Shown here: piece after piece, positions 27,001 to 42,000 of the stretch
Layout: each line of letters opens with the position of its first letter
Position numbering within the stretch: position 1 is the stretch's first letter
Assembly (NCBI RefSeq): GCF_963921235.1
Contig: NC_086097.1
Location: 102,116,001 to 102,180,000, forward strand
DNA: 64,000 nt
Direction: 5' to 3'
From: Mobula hypostoma
Taxonomy: Eukaryota
Made by a program: the position numbers and the translations under genes
The notes under the pieces: generated by a model
Database searches by the model: none
What the model was told of the DNA's origin: nothing
What the model saw: only the letters and a program-made list of their open reading frames with translations

Positions 27001-30000
27001 ACACCGGGGATAAACTCCTTTCAGCACGTTTACTCTCCCCCAACACCAGGGATAAACTCCTTTCAGCACGTTTCCTCTCCCCCCCCACACCACCGATAAA
27101 TTCCTTTCAGCACGTTTACTCTCCCCCCACACCGCCGATAAACTCCTTTCAGCACGTTTACTCTCCCCCCACACCGGGGATAAAGTCCTTTCAGCACGTT
27201 TACCCTCCCCCCCACACCGGGGATAAACTCCTTTCAGCACGTTTACCCTCCCCACCCACACCGGGGATAAACTCCTTTCAGCACGTTTACCCTCCCCCCA
27301 CACCGGGGATAAACTCCTTTCAGCACGTTTACTCTCCCCCCACACCGGGGATAAACTCCTTTCAGCACGTTTACTCTCCCCCCACACCGGGGATAAACTC
27401 CTTTCAGCACGTTTACCCTCCCCCCACACCGGGGATAAACTCCTTTCAGCACGTTTACTCTCCCCCCACACCGGGGATAAACTCCTTTCAGCACGTTTAC
27501 TCTCCCCCCACACCGGGGATAAACTCCTTTCAGCACGTTTACCCTCCCCGCACACCGGGGATAAACTCCTTTCAGCACGTTTACTCTCCCCCGACACCGG
27601 GGATAAACTCCTTTCAGCACGTTTACTCTCCCCCCCACACCGGGGATAAACTCCTTTCAGCACGTTTACTCTCCCCCCCCCCCCACACCGGGGATAAACT
27701 CCTTTCAGCACATTTACCCTCCCCCCCCACACCGGGGATAAACTCCTTTCAGCACGTTTACTCTCCCCCGACACCGGGGATAAACTCCTTTCAGCACGTT
27801 TACTCTCCCCCCACACCGGGGATAAACTCCTTTCAGCACGTTTACTCTCCCCCCCACACCGGGGATAAACTCCTTTCAGCACGTTTACTCTCCCCCCACA
27901 CCGGGGACAAACTCCTTTCAGCACGTTTACTCTCCCCCCACACCGGGGATAAACTCCTTTCAGCACGTTTACTCTCCCCCCCAACCGGGGATAAACTCCT
28001 TTCAGCACGTTTACTCTCCCCCCACACTGCCGATATACTCCTTTCAGCACATTTACCCTCCCCCCACACCGGGGATAAACTCCTTTCAGCACGTTTACTC
28101 TCCCCCCCCCCCACACCGGGGATAAACTCCTTTCAGCACGTTTACCCTCCCCCCACACCGGGGATAAACTCCTTTCAGCACGTTTACTCTCCCCCCACAC
28201 CGGGGATAAACTCCTTTCAGCACGTTTACCCTCCCCCCACACCGGGGATAAACTCCTTTCAGCACGTTTACCCTCCCCCCACACCGGGGATAAACTCCTT
28301 TCAGCACGTTTACCCTCCCCCCACACCGGGGATAAACTCCTTTCAGCACGTTTACTGTCCCCCGACACAGGGGATAAACTCCTTTCAGCACGTTTACTCT
28401 CCCCCCACACCGGGGATAAACTCCTTTCAGCACGTTTATTCTCCCCCTACACCGGGGATAAACTCCTTTCAGCACGTTTACTCTCCCCCCACACCGGGGA
28501 TAAACTCCTTTCAGCACGTTTACTCTCCCCCCCCACCGGGGATAAACTCCTTTCAGCACGTTTACCCTCCCCCCACACCGGGGATAAACTCCTTTCAGCA
28601 CGTTTACTCTCCCCCCACACCGGGGATAAACTCCTTTCAGCACGTTTACTCTCCCCCCACACCGGGGATAAACTCCTTTCAGCACGTTTACTCTCCCCCC
28701 ACACCGGGGATAAACTCCTTTCAGCACGTTTACTCTCCCCCCACACCGGGGATAAACTCCTTTCAGCACGTTTACTCTCCCCCCACACCGGGGATAAACT
28801 CCTTTCAGCACGTTTACTCTCCCCCCACACCGGGGATAAACTCCTTTCAGCACGTTTACTCTCCCCCCCACACCGGGGATAAACTCCTTTCAGCACGTTT
28901 ACCTCCCCCCACACCGGGGATAACTCCTCACCCCCCCCCACACCGGGGATAAACTCCTTTCAGCACGTTTACTCTCCCCCCACACCGGGGATAAACTCCT
29001 TTCAGCACGTTTACCCTCCCCCCACACCGGGGATAAACTCCTTTCAGCACGTTTACTCTCCCCCCACACCGGGGATAAACTCCTTTCAGCACGTTTACTC
29101 TCCCCCCACACCGGGGATAAACTCCTTTCAGCACGGGGATAAACTCCTTTCAGCACGTTTACTCTCCCCCCACACCGGGGATAAACTCCTTTCAGCACGT
29201 TTACTCTCCCCCCACACCGGGGATAAACTCCTTTCAGCACGTTTACTCTCCCCCCACACCGGGGATAAACTCCTTTCAGCACGTTTACTCTCCCCCCACA
29301 CCGGGGATAAACTCCTTTCAGCACGTTTACTCTCCCCCCACACCGGGGATAAACTCCTTTCAGCACGTTTACTCTCCCCCCACACCGGGGATAAACTCCT
29401 TTCAGCACGTTTACTCTCCCCCCACACCGGGGATAAACTCCTTTCAGCACGTTTACCCCCCCCCACACCGGGGATAAACTCCTTTCAGCACGTTTACTCT
29501 CCCCCCACACCGGGGATAAACTCCTTTCAGCACGTTTACTCTCCCCCCACACCGGGGATAAACTCCTTTCAGCACGTTTACTCTCCCCCCACACCGGGGA
29601 TAAACTCCTTTCAGCACGTTTACTCTCCCCCCACACCGGGGATAAACTCCTTTCAGCACGTTTACTCTCCCCCCACACCGGGGATAAACTCCTTTCAGCA
29701 CGTTTACCTCCCCCCACACCGGGGATAAACTCCTTTCAGCACGTTTACCCTCCCCCCACACCGGGGATAAACTCCTTTCAGCACGTTTACTCTCCCCCCA
29801 CACCGGGGATAAACTCCTTTCAGCACGTTTACGGGGATAAACTCCTTTCAGCACGTTTACCCTCCCCCCACACCGGGGATAAACTCCTTTCAGCACGTTT
29901 ACTCTCCCCCCACACCGGGGATAAACTCCCCCACACCGGATAAACTCAGCACGTTTACTCTCCCCCCACACCGGGGATAAACTCCTTTCAGCACGTTTAC

Positions 30001-33000
30001 GTCCTCTCCCCCCACACCGGGGATAAACTCCTTTCAGCACGTTTACTCTCCCCCCCACACCGGGGATAAACTCCTTTCAGCACGTTTACTCTCCCCCCCC
30101 CCCGGATAAACTCCTTTCAGCACGTTTACCTCCCCCCACACCGGGGATAAACTCCTTTCAGCACGTTTACCCTCCCCCCACACCGGGGATAAACTCCTTT
30201 CAGCACGTTTACTCTCCCCCCACACCGGGGATAAACTCCTTTCAGCACGTTTACCCTCCCCCCCACACCGGGGATAAACTCCTTTCAGCACGTTTACTCT
30301 CCCCCCACACACCGGGGATAAACTCCTTTCAGCACGTTTACTCTCCCCCCACACCGGGGATAAACTCCTTTCAGCACGTTTACTCTCCCCCCACACCGGG
30401 GATAAACTCCTTTCAGCACGTTTACTCTCCCCCCACACCGGGGATAAACTCCTTTCAGCACGTTTACCTCCCCCCACACCGGGGATAAACTCCTTTCAGC
30501 ACGTTTACCCTCCCCCCACACCGGGGATAAACTCCTTTCAGCACGTTTACTCTCCCCCCACACCGGGGATAAACTCCTTTCAGCACGTTTACTCTCCCCC
30601 CACACCGGGGATAAACTCCTTTCAGCACGTTTACTCCCCCCCACACCCGGGGATAAACTCCTTTCAGCACGTTTACTCTCCCCCCACACCGGGGATAAAC
30701 TCCTTTCAGCACGTTTACTCTCCCCCCACACCGGGGATAAACTCCTTTCAGCACGTTTACTCTCCCCCCACACCGGGGATAAACTCCTTTCAGCACGTTT
30801 ACCCCCCCCCACCGGGGATAAACTCCTTTCAGCACGTTTACCCCCCCCACACCGGGGATAAACTCCTTTCAGCACGTTTACCTCCCCCCCACACCGGGGA
30901 TAAACTCCTTTCAGCACGTTTACTCTCCCCCCACACCGGGGATAAACTCCTTTCAGCACGTTTACTCTCCCCCCACACCGGGGATAAACTCCTTTCAGCA
31001 CGTTTACTCTCCCCCCACACCGGGGATAAACTCCTTTCAGCACGTTTACTCTCCCCCCACACCGGGGATAAACTCCTTTCAGCACGTTTACTCTCCCCCC
31101 ACACCGGGGATAAACTCCTTTCAGCACGTTTACTCTCCCCCCACACCGGGGATAAACTCCTTTCAGCACGTTTACTCTCCCCCCACACCGGGGATAAACT
31201 CCTTTCAGCACGTTTACTCTCCCCCCACACCGGGGATAAACTCCTTTCAGCACGTTTACTGTCCCCCCACACAGGGGATAAACTCCTTTCAGCACGTTTA
31301 CTCTCCCCCCACACCGGGGATAAACTCCTTTCAGCACGTTTACTCTCCCCCCACACCGGGGATAAACTCCTTTCAGCACGTTTACTCTCCCCCCACACCG
31401 GGGATAAACTCCTTTCAGCACGTTTACCCTCCCCCCACACCGGGGATAAACTCCTTTCAGCACTTTACTCTCCCCCCACACCGGGGATAAACTCCTTTCA
31501 GCACGTTTACTCTTTCTCCCCCCCCCACACCGGGGATAAACTCCTTTCAGCACGTTTACTCTCCCCCCACACCGGGGATAAACTCCTTTCAGCACGTTTA
31601 CTCTCCCCCCACACCGGGGATAAACTCCTTTCAGCACGTTTACTCTCCCCCCACACCGGGGATAAACTCCTTTCAGCACGTTTACTCTCCCCCCACACCG
31701 GGGATAAACTCCTTTCAGCACGTTTACCTCCCCCCACACCGGGGATAAACTCCTTTCAGCACGTTTACTCTCCCCCCACACCGGGGATAAACTCCTTTCA
31801 GCACGTTTACCCTCCCCCCACACCGGGGATAAACTCCTTTCAGACGTTACTCCTTTCAGCACGTTTACTCCCCCCCACACCGGGGATAAACTCCTTTCAG
31901 CACGTTTACTCTCCCCCCACACCCGGGGATAAACTCCTTTCAGCACGTTTACTCTCCCCCCACACCGGGGATAAACTCCTTTCAGCACGTTTACTCCTCC
32001 CCCCCACACCGGGGATAAACTCCTTTCAGCACGTTTACTCTCCCCCCACACCGGGGATAAACTCCTTTCAGCACGTTTACTCTCCCCCCACACCGGGGAT
32101 AAACTCCTTTCAGCACGTTTACTCTCCCCCCACACCGGGGATAAACTCCTTTCAGCACGTTTACTCTCCCCCCACACCGGGGATAAACTCCTTTCAGCAC
32201 GTTTACCCTCCCCCCACACACCGGGGATAAACTCCTTTCAGCACGTTTACTCTCCCCCCACACCGGGGATAAACTCCTTTCAGCACGTTTACTCTCCCCC
32301 CACACCGGGGATAAACTCCTTTCAGCACGTTTACTCTCCCCCCACACCGGGGATAAACTCCTTTCAGCACGTTTACTCTCCCCCCACACCGGGGATAAAC
32401 TCCTTTCAGCACGTTTACTCTCCCCCCACACCGGGGATAAACTCCTTTCAGCACGTTTACTCTCCCCCCCACACCGGGGATAAACTCCTTTCAGCACGTT
32501 TACTCTCCCCCCACACCGGGGATAAACTCCTTTCAGCACGTTTACTCTCCCCCCACACCGGGGATAAACTCCTTTCAGCACGTTACTCACACCGGGGATA
32601 AACTCCTTTCAGCACGTTTACTCTCCCCCCACACCGGGGATAAACTCCTTTCAGCACGTTTACTCTCCCCCCACACCGGGGATAAACTCCTTTCAGCACG
32701 TTTACTCTCCCCCCACACCGGGGATAAACTCCTTTCAGCACGTTTACTCTCCCCCCACACCGGGGATAAACTCCTTTCAGCACGTTTACTCTCCCCCCCA
32801 CACCGGGGATAAACTCCTTTCAGCACGTTTACCCTCCCCCCCACACCGGGGATAAACTCCTTTCAGCACGTTTACACCTCCCCCCCTCCCCACACCGGGG
32901 ATAAACTCCTTTCAGCACGTTTACTCTCCCCCCACACCGGGGATAAACTCCTTTCAGCACGTTTACTCCTCCCCCCACACCGGGGATAAACTCCTTTCAG

Positions 33001-36000
33001 CACGTTTACTCTCCCCCCACACCGGGGATAAACTCCTTTCAGCACGTTTACTCTCCCCCCACACCGGGATAAACTCCTTTCAGCACGTTTACCTCCCCCC
33101 ACACCGGGGATAAACTCCTTTCAGCACGTTTACCCTCCCCCCACACACCGGGGATAAACTCCTTTCAGCACGTTTACCCTCCCCCCACACCGGGGATAAA
33201 CTCCTTTCAGCACGTTTACCCTCCCCCCACACCGGGGATAAACTCCTTTCAGCACGTTTACTCCCCCACACCGGGATAAACTCCTTTCAGCACGTTTACC
33301 CTCCCCCACACCGGGGATAAACTCCTTTCAGCACGTTTACTCTCCCCCCCCCCCCACACCGGGGATAAACTCCTTTCAGCACGTTTACTCTCCCCCCACA
33401 CCGGGGATAAACTCCTTTCAGCACGTTTACCCTCCCCCCACACCGGGGATAAACTCCTTTCAGCACGTTTACTCTCCCCCCACACCGGGGATAAACTCCT
33501 TTCAGCACGTTTACTCTCCCCCCCACACCGGGGATAAACTCCTTTCAGCACGTTTACTCTCCCCCCCACTCCGGGGATAAACTCCTTTCAGCACGTTTAC
33601 TCTCCCCCCACACCGGGGATAAACTCCTTTCAGCACGTTTACTCTCCCCCCACACCGGGGATAAACTCCTTTCAGCACGTTTACTCTCCCCCCACACCGG
33701 GGATAAACTCCTTTCAGCACGTTTACCCTCCCCCCACACCGGGGATAAACTCCTTTCAGCACGTTTACTCTCCCCCCACACCGGGGATAAACTCCTTTCA
33801 GCACGTTTACCCTCCCCCCACACCGGGGATAAACTCCTTTCAGCACGTTTACCTTAAACTCCTTTCAGCACGTTTACTCTCCCCCCACACCGGGGATAAA
33901 CTCCTTTCAGCACGTTTACTCTCCCCCCACACCGGGGATAAACTCCTTTCAGCACGTTTACCTCCCCCCACCTTTCAGCATAAACTCCTTTCAGCACGTT
34001 TACTCTCCCCCACACCGGGGATAAACTCCTTTCAGCACGTTTACTCTCCCCCCACACCGGGGATAAACTCCTTTCAGCACGTTTACTCTCCCCCCACACC
34101 GGGGATAAACTCCTTTCAGCACGTTTACTCTCCCCCCACACCGGGGATAAACTCCTTTCAGCACGTTTACCTCCCCCCACACCGGGGATAAACTCCTTTC
34201 AGCACGTTTACTCTCCCCCCACACCGGGGATAAACTCCTTTCAGCACGTTTACTCTCCCCCCCACACCGGGGATAAACTCCTTTCAGCACGTTTACTCTC
34301 CCCCCACACCGGGGATAAACTCCTTTCAGCACGTTTACTCTCCCCCCACACCGGGGATAAACTCCTTTCAGCACGTTTACTCTCCCCCCACACCGGGGAT
34401 AAACTCCTTTCAGCACGTTTACTCTCCCCCCACACCGGGGCACGTTTACTCTCCCCCCAACTCCTTTCAGCACGTTTACTTTACTCCCCCCACCCACACC
34501 GGGGATAAACTCCTTTCAGCACGTTTACTCTCCCCCCACACCGGGGATAAACTCCTTTCAGCACGTTTACTCTCCCCCCACACCGGGGATAAACTCCTTT
34601 CAGCACGTTTACCCTCCCCCCACACCGGGGATAAACTCCTTTCAGCACGTTTACTCTCCCCCCACACCGGGGATAAACTCCTTTCAGCACGTTTACTCTC
34701 CCCCCACACCGGGGATAAACTCCTTTCAGCACGTTTACTCTCCCCCCACACCGGGGATAAACTAAACTCCTTTCAGCACTTTACTCTCCCCCCCACACCG
34801 GGGATAAACTCCTTTCAGCACGTTTACTCTCCCCCCACACCGGGGATAAACTCCTTTCAGCACGTTTACTCTCCCCCCACACCGGGGATAAACTCCTTTC
34901 AGCACGTTTACTCTCCCCCCACACCGGGGATAAACTCCTTTCAGCACGTTTACTCTCCCCCCACACCGGGGATAAACTCCTTTCAGCACGTTTACTCTCC
35001 CCCCACACCGGGGATAAACTCCTTTCAGCACGTTTACTCTCCCCCCACACCGGGGATAAACTCCTTTCAGCACGTTTACTCTCCCCCCACACCGGGGATA
35101 AACTCCTTTCAGCACGTTTACTCTCCCCCCACACCGGGGATAAACTCCTTTCAGCACGTTTACTCTCCCCCCACACCGGGGATAAACTCCTTTCAGCACG
35201 TTTACTCTCCCCCCACACCGGGGATAAACTCCTTTCAGCACGTTTACCCTCCCCCCACACCGGGGATAAACTCCTTTCAGCACGTTTACTCTCCCCCCAC
35301 ACCGGGGATAAACTCCTTTCAGCACGTTTACCTCCCCCCACACCGGGGATAAACTCCTTTCAGCACGTTTACTCTCCCCCCACACCGGGGATAAACTCCT
35401 TTCAGCACGTTTACTCTCCCCCCACACCGGGGATAAACTCCTTTCAGCACGTTTACTCTCCCCCCACACCGGGGATAAACTCCTTTCAGCACGTTTACCT
35501 CCCCCCACACCGGGGATAAACTCCTTTCAGCACGTTTACTCTCCCCCCACACCGGGGATAAACTCCTTTCAGCACGTTTACTCTCCCCCCACACCGGGGA
35601 TAAACTCCTTTCAGCACGTTTACTCTCCCCCCACACCGGGGATAAACTCCTTTCAGCACGTTTACTCTCCCCCCACACCGGGGATAAACTCCTTTCAGCA
35701 CGTTTACTCCCCCCACACCGGGGATAAACTCCTTTCAGCACGTTTACTCTCCCCCCACACCGGGGATAAACTCCTTTCAGCACGTTTACTCTCCCCCCAC
35801 ACCGGGGATAAACTCCTTTCAGCACGTTTACTCTCCCCCCACACCGGGGATAAACTCCTTTCAGCACGTTTACTCTCCCCCCCACACCGGGGATAAACTC
35901 CTTTCAGCACGTTTACCCTCCCCCCACACCGGGGATAAACTCCTTTCAGCACGTTTACCTCCCCCCACACCGGGGATAAACTCCTTTCAGCACGTTTACC

Positions 36001-39000
36001 CTCCCCCCACACCGGGGATAAACTCCTTTCAGCACGTTTACTCTCCCCCCACACCGGGGATAAACTCCTTTCAGCACGTTTACTCTCCCCCCACACCGGG
36101 GATAAACTCCTTTCAGCACGTTTACCTCCCCCCACACCGGGGATAAACTCCTTTCAGCACGTTTACTCTCCCCCCACACCGGGGATAAACTCCTTTCAGC
36201 ACGTTTACTCTCCCCCCACACCGGGGATAAACTCCTTTCAGCACGTTTACTCTCCCCCCACACCGGGGATAAACTCCTTTCAGCACGTTTACTCTCCCCC
36301 CACACCGGGGATAAACTCCTTTCAGCACGTTTACTCTCCCCCCACACCGGGGATAAACTCCTTTCAGCACGTTTACTCTCCCCCCACACCGGGGATAAAC
36401 TCCTTTCAGCACGTTTACTCTCCCCCCACACCGGGGATAAACTCCTTTCAGCACGTTTACTCTCCCCCCACACCGGGGATAAACTCCTTTCAGCACGTTT
36501 ACTCTCCCCCCACACCGGGGATAAACTCCTTTCAGCACGTTTACCCTCCCCCCACACCGGGGATAAACTCCTTTCAGCACGTTTACTCTCCCCCCACACC
36601 GGGGATAAACTCCTTTCAGCACGTTTACCCTCCCCCCACACCGGGGATAAACTCCTTTCAGCACGTTTACCCTCCCCCCACACCGGGGATAAACTCCTTT
36701 CAGCACGTTTACTCTCCCCCCACACCGGGGATAAACTCCTTTCAGCACGTTTACCTCCCCCCACACCGGGGATAAACTCCTTTCAGCACGTTTACTCTCC
36801 CCCCACACCGGGGATAAACTCCTTTCAGCACGTTTACTCTCCCCCCACACCGGGGATAAACTTTTCACGTTTACTCTCCCCCCACACCGGGGATAAACTC
36901 CTTTCAGCACGTTTACTCTCCCCCACACCGGGGATAAACTCCTTTCAGCACGTTTACCTCCCCCCACACCGGGGATAAACTCCTTTCAGACCGGGGATAA
37001 ATCCTTTCAGACGTTTCTCTCCCCCCACACCGGGGGATAAACTCCTTTCAGCACGTTTACTCTCCCCCCACACCGGGGATAAACTCCTTTCAGCACGTTT
37101 ACTCTCCCCCCACACCGGGGATAAACTCCTTTCAGCACGTTTACTCTCCCCCCCCACCGGGGATAAACTCCTTTCAGCACGTTTACTCTCCCCCACACCG
37201 GGGATAAACTCCTTTCAGCACGTTTACTCTCCCCCCCACACCGGGGATAAACTCCTTTCAGCACGTTTACTCTCCCCCCACACCGGGGATAAACTCCTTT
37301 CAGCACGTTTACTCTCCCCCCACACCGGGGATAAACTCCTTTCAGCACGTTTACTCTCCCCCCACACCGGGGATAAACTCCTTTCAGCACGTTTACCCTC
37401 CCCCCACACCGTGGATAAACTCCTTTCAGCACGTTTACCCTCCCCCCACACTGGGGATAAACTCCTTTCAGCACGTTTACTCACCCCCCACACCGGGGAT
37501 AAACTCCTTTCAGCACGTTTACTCTCCCCCCACACCGGGGATAAACTCGTTTCAGCACGTTTACTCTCCCCCACACCGGGGATAAACTCCTTTCAGCACG
37601 TTTACTCTCCCCCCACACCGGGGATAAACTCCTTTCAGCACGTTTACTCTCCCCCCACACCGGGGATAAACTCCTTTCAGCACGTTTACTCTCCCCCCAC
37701 ACCGCCGATAAACTCCTTTCAGCACGTTTACCCTCCCCCCACACCAGGGATAAACTCCTTTCAGCACGTTTACCCTCCCCCCACACCAGGGATAAACTCC
37801 TTTCAGCACGTTTACTCTCCCCCCACACCGGGGATAAACTCCTTTCAGCACGTTTACTCTCCCCCCGCCCCAGCGGGGATAAACTCCTTTCAGCACGTTT
37901 ACTCTCCCCCACACTGCCGATAAACTCCTTTCAGCACGTTTACTCTCCCCCCACACCGGGGATAAACTCCTTTCAGCACGTTTACCCTCCCCCCACACCG
38001 GGGATAAACTCCTTTCAGCACGTTTACCCTCCCCCCACACCGGGGATAAACTCCTTTCAGCACGTTTACTCTCCCCCCACACCGGGGATAAACTCCTTTC
38101 AGCACGTTTACTCTCCCCCCACACCGGGGATAAACACCTTTCAGCACGTTTACTCTCCCCCCACACCGGGGATAAACTCCTTTCAGCACGTTTACTCTCC
38201 CCTCACACCGGGTATAAACTCCTTTCAGCACGTTTACTCTCCCCCCACACCGGGGATAAACTCCTTTCAGCACGTTTACTCTCCCCCCACACCGCCGATA
38301 AACTCCTTTCAGCACATTTACCCTCCCCCCACACCGGGGATAAACTCCTTTCAGCACGTTTACCCTCCCCCCCACACCGCCGATAAACTCCTTTCAGCAC
38401 GTTTACTCTCCCCCCACACCGGGGATAAACTCCTTTCAGCACGTTTACCCTCCCCCCACACCGGGGATAAACTCCTTTCAGCACGTTTACTTTCCCCCCA
38501 CACCGGGGATAAACTCCTTTCAGCACGTTTACCCTCCCCCCACACCGGGGATAAACTCCTTTCAGCACGTTTACCCTCCCCCCACACCGGGGATAAACTC
38601 CTTTCAGCACGTTTACTCTCCCCCCACACCGGGGATAAACTCCTTTCAGCACGTTTACTCTCCCCCCACACCGGGGATAAACACCTTTCAGCACGTTTAC
38701 TCTCCCCCCACACCGGGGATAAACTCCTTTCAGCACGTTTACTCTCCCCTCACACCGGGTATAAACTCCTTTCAGCACGTTTACTCTCCCCCCACACCGG
38801 GGATAAACTCCTTTCAGCACGTTTACCCTCCCCCCACACCGGGGATAAATTCCTTTCAGCACGTTTACTCACCCCCCACACCGGGGATAAACTCCTTTCA
38901 GCACGTTTACCCTCCCCCCACACCGGGGATAAACTCCTTTCAGCACGTTTATTCTCCCCCTACACCGGGGATAAACTCCTTTCAGCACGTTTACCCTCCC

Positions 39001-42000
39001 CCCACACCCGGGATAAACTCCTTTCAGCACGTTTACTCTCCCCCCACACCCGGGATAAACTCCTTTCAGCACGTTTACTCTCCCCCCACACCGGGGATAA
39101 ACTCCTTTCATCACGTTTACTCTCCCCCCACACCGGGGATAAACACCTTTCAGCACGTTTACTCTCCCCCCACACCGGGGATAAACTCCTTTCAGCACGT
39201 TTACTCTCCCCTCACACCGGGTATAAACTCCTTTCAGCACGTTTACTCTCCCCCCACACCGGGGATAAACTCCTTTCAGCACGTTTACTCTCCCCCCACA
39301 CCGCCGATAAACTCCTTTCAGCACGTTTACCCTCCCCCCACACCGGGGATAAACTCCTTTCAGCACGTTTACCCTCCCCCCCACACCGCCGATAAACTCC
39401 TTTCAGCACGTTTACACTCCCCCCACACCGGGGATAAACTCCTTTCAGCACGTTTACCCTCCCCCCACACCGGGGATAAACTCCTTTCAGCACGTTTACT
39501 TTCCCCCCACACCGGGGATAAACTCCTTTCAGCACGTTTACCCTCCCCCCACACCGGGGATAAACTCCTTTCAGCACGTTTACCCTCCCCCCACACCGGG
39601 GATAAACTCCTTTCAGCACGTTTACTCTCCCCCCACACCGGGGATAAACTCCTTTCAGCACGTTTACTCTCCCCCCACACCGGGGATAAACACCTTTCAG
39701 CACGTTTACTCTCCCCCCACACCGGGGATAAACTCCTTTCAGCACGTTTACTCTCCCCTCACACCGGGTATAAACTCCTTTCAGCACGTTTACTCTCCCC
39801 CCACACCGGGGATAAACTCCTTTCAGCACGTTTACCCTCCCCCCACACCGGGGATAAATTCCTTTCAGCACGTTTACTCACCCCCCACACCGGGGATAAA
39901 CTCCTTTCAGCACGTTTACCCTCCCCCCACACCGGGGATAAACTCCTTTCAGCACGTTTATTCTCCCCCTACACCGGGGATAAACTCCTTTCAGCACGTT
40001 TACCCTCCCCCCACACCCGGGATAAACTCCTTTCAGCACGTTTACTCTCCCCCCACACCCGGGATAAACTCCTTTCAGCACGTTTACTCTCCCCCCCACA
40101 CCGGGGATAAACTCCTTTCGGCACGTTTACTCTCCCCCCACACCCGGGATAAACTCCTTTCAGCACGTTTACTCTCCCCCTACACCGGGGATAAAGTCCT
40201 TTCAGCAAGTTTACTCTCCCCCCACACCGGGGATAAACTCCTTTCAGCACGTTTACCCTCCCCCCACACCGGGGATAAACTCCTTTCAGCACATTTACTC
40301 TCCCCCCACACCGGGGATAAACTCCTTTCAGCACGTTTACTCTCCCCCCCACACCAGGGATAAACTCCTTTCATCACGTTTACTCTCCCCCCACACCGCC
40401 GATAAACTCCTTTCAGCACGTTTACTCTCCCCCCCACACCGGGGATAAACTCCTTTCAGCACGTTTACTCTCCCGCCACACCGGGGATAAACTCCTTTCA
40501 GTACGTTTACCCTCCCCCAGCACCGGGGATAAACTCCTTTCAGCACGTTTACTCTCCCCCCACACCGGGGATAAACTCCTTTCAGCACGTTTACTCTCCC
40601 CCCACACCGGGGATAAATTCCTTTCAGTACGTTCACTCTCCCCCCCACACCGGGGATAAACTCCTTTCAGCACGTTTACCCTCCCCCCACACCGGGGATA
40701 AACTCCTTTCAGCACGTTTACCCTCCCCCTACACCGGGGACAAACTCCTTTCAGCACGTTTACCCTCCCCCCACACCGGGGATAAACTCCTTTCAGCACG
40801 TTTACCCTCCCCGCCACACCGGGGATAAACTCCTTTCAGCACGTTTACCCTCCCCCCCACACCGGGGATAAACTCCTTTCAGTACGTTTACCCTCACCCC
40901 CAGACCGGGGATAAACTCCTTTCAGTACGTTTCCTCTCCCCGCCACACCGGGGATAAACTCCTTTCAACACGTTTACTCTCCCCCCACACCGGGGATAAA
41001 CTCCTTTCAGCACGTTTACTCTCCCCCCCACACCGGGGATAAACCCCTTTCAGTACGTTCACTCTCCCCGCCACACCGGGGATAAACTCCTTTCAGCACG
41101 TTTACTCTCCCCCCACACCGGGGATAAACTCCTTTCAGCACGTTTACTCTCCCCCCACACCGCCGATAAACTCCTTTCAGCACGTTTACCCTCCCCCCAC
41201 ACCAGGGATAAACTCCTTTCAGCACGTTTACCCTCCCCCCACACCAGGGATAAACTCCTTTCAGCACGTTTACTCTCCCCCCCCCCAGCGGGGATAAACT
41301 CCTTTCAGCACGTTTACCCTCCCCCCACACCGGGGATAAACTCCTTTCAGCACGTTTACTCTCCCCCCCCCCCCAGCGGGGATAAACTCCTTTCAGCACG
41401 TTTACTCTCCCCCACACTGCCGATAAACTCCTTTCAGCACGTTTACTCTCCCCCCCACACCGGGGATAAACTCCTTTCAGCACGTTTACCCTCCCCCCAC
41501 ACCGTGGATAAACTCCTTTCAGCACGTTTACCCTCCCCCTACACTGGGGATAAACTCCTTTCAGCACGTTTACTCACCCCCCACACCGGGGATAAACTCC
41601 TTTCAGCACGTTTACTCTCCCCCCACACCGGGGATAAACTCGTTTCAGCACGTTTACTCTCCCCCACACCGGGGATAAACTCCTTTCAGCACGTTTACTC
41701 TCCCCCCACACCGGGGATAAACTCCTTTCAGCACGTTTACTCTCCCCCCACACCGGGGATAAACTCCTTTCAGCACGTTTACTCTCCCCCCACACCGCCG
41801 ATAAACTCCTTTCAGCACGTTTACCCTCCCCCCACACCAGGGATAAACTCCTTTCAGCACGTTTACCCTCCCCCCACACCAGGGATAAACTCCTTTCAGC
41901 ACGTTTACTCTCCCCCTACACCGGGGATAAACTCCTTTCAGCACGTTTACTCTCCCCCCGCCCCAGCGGGGATAAACTCCTTTCAGCACGTTTACTCTCC

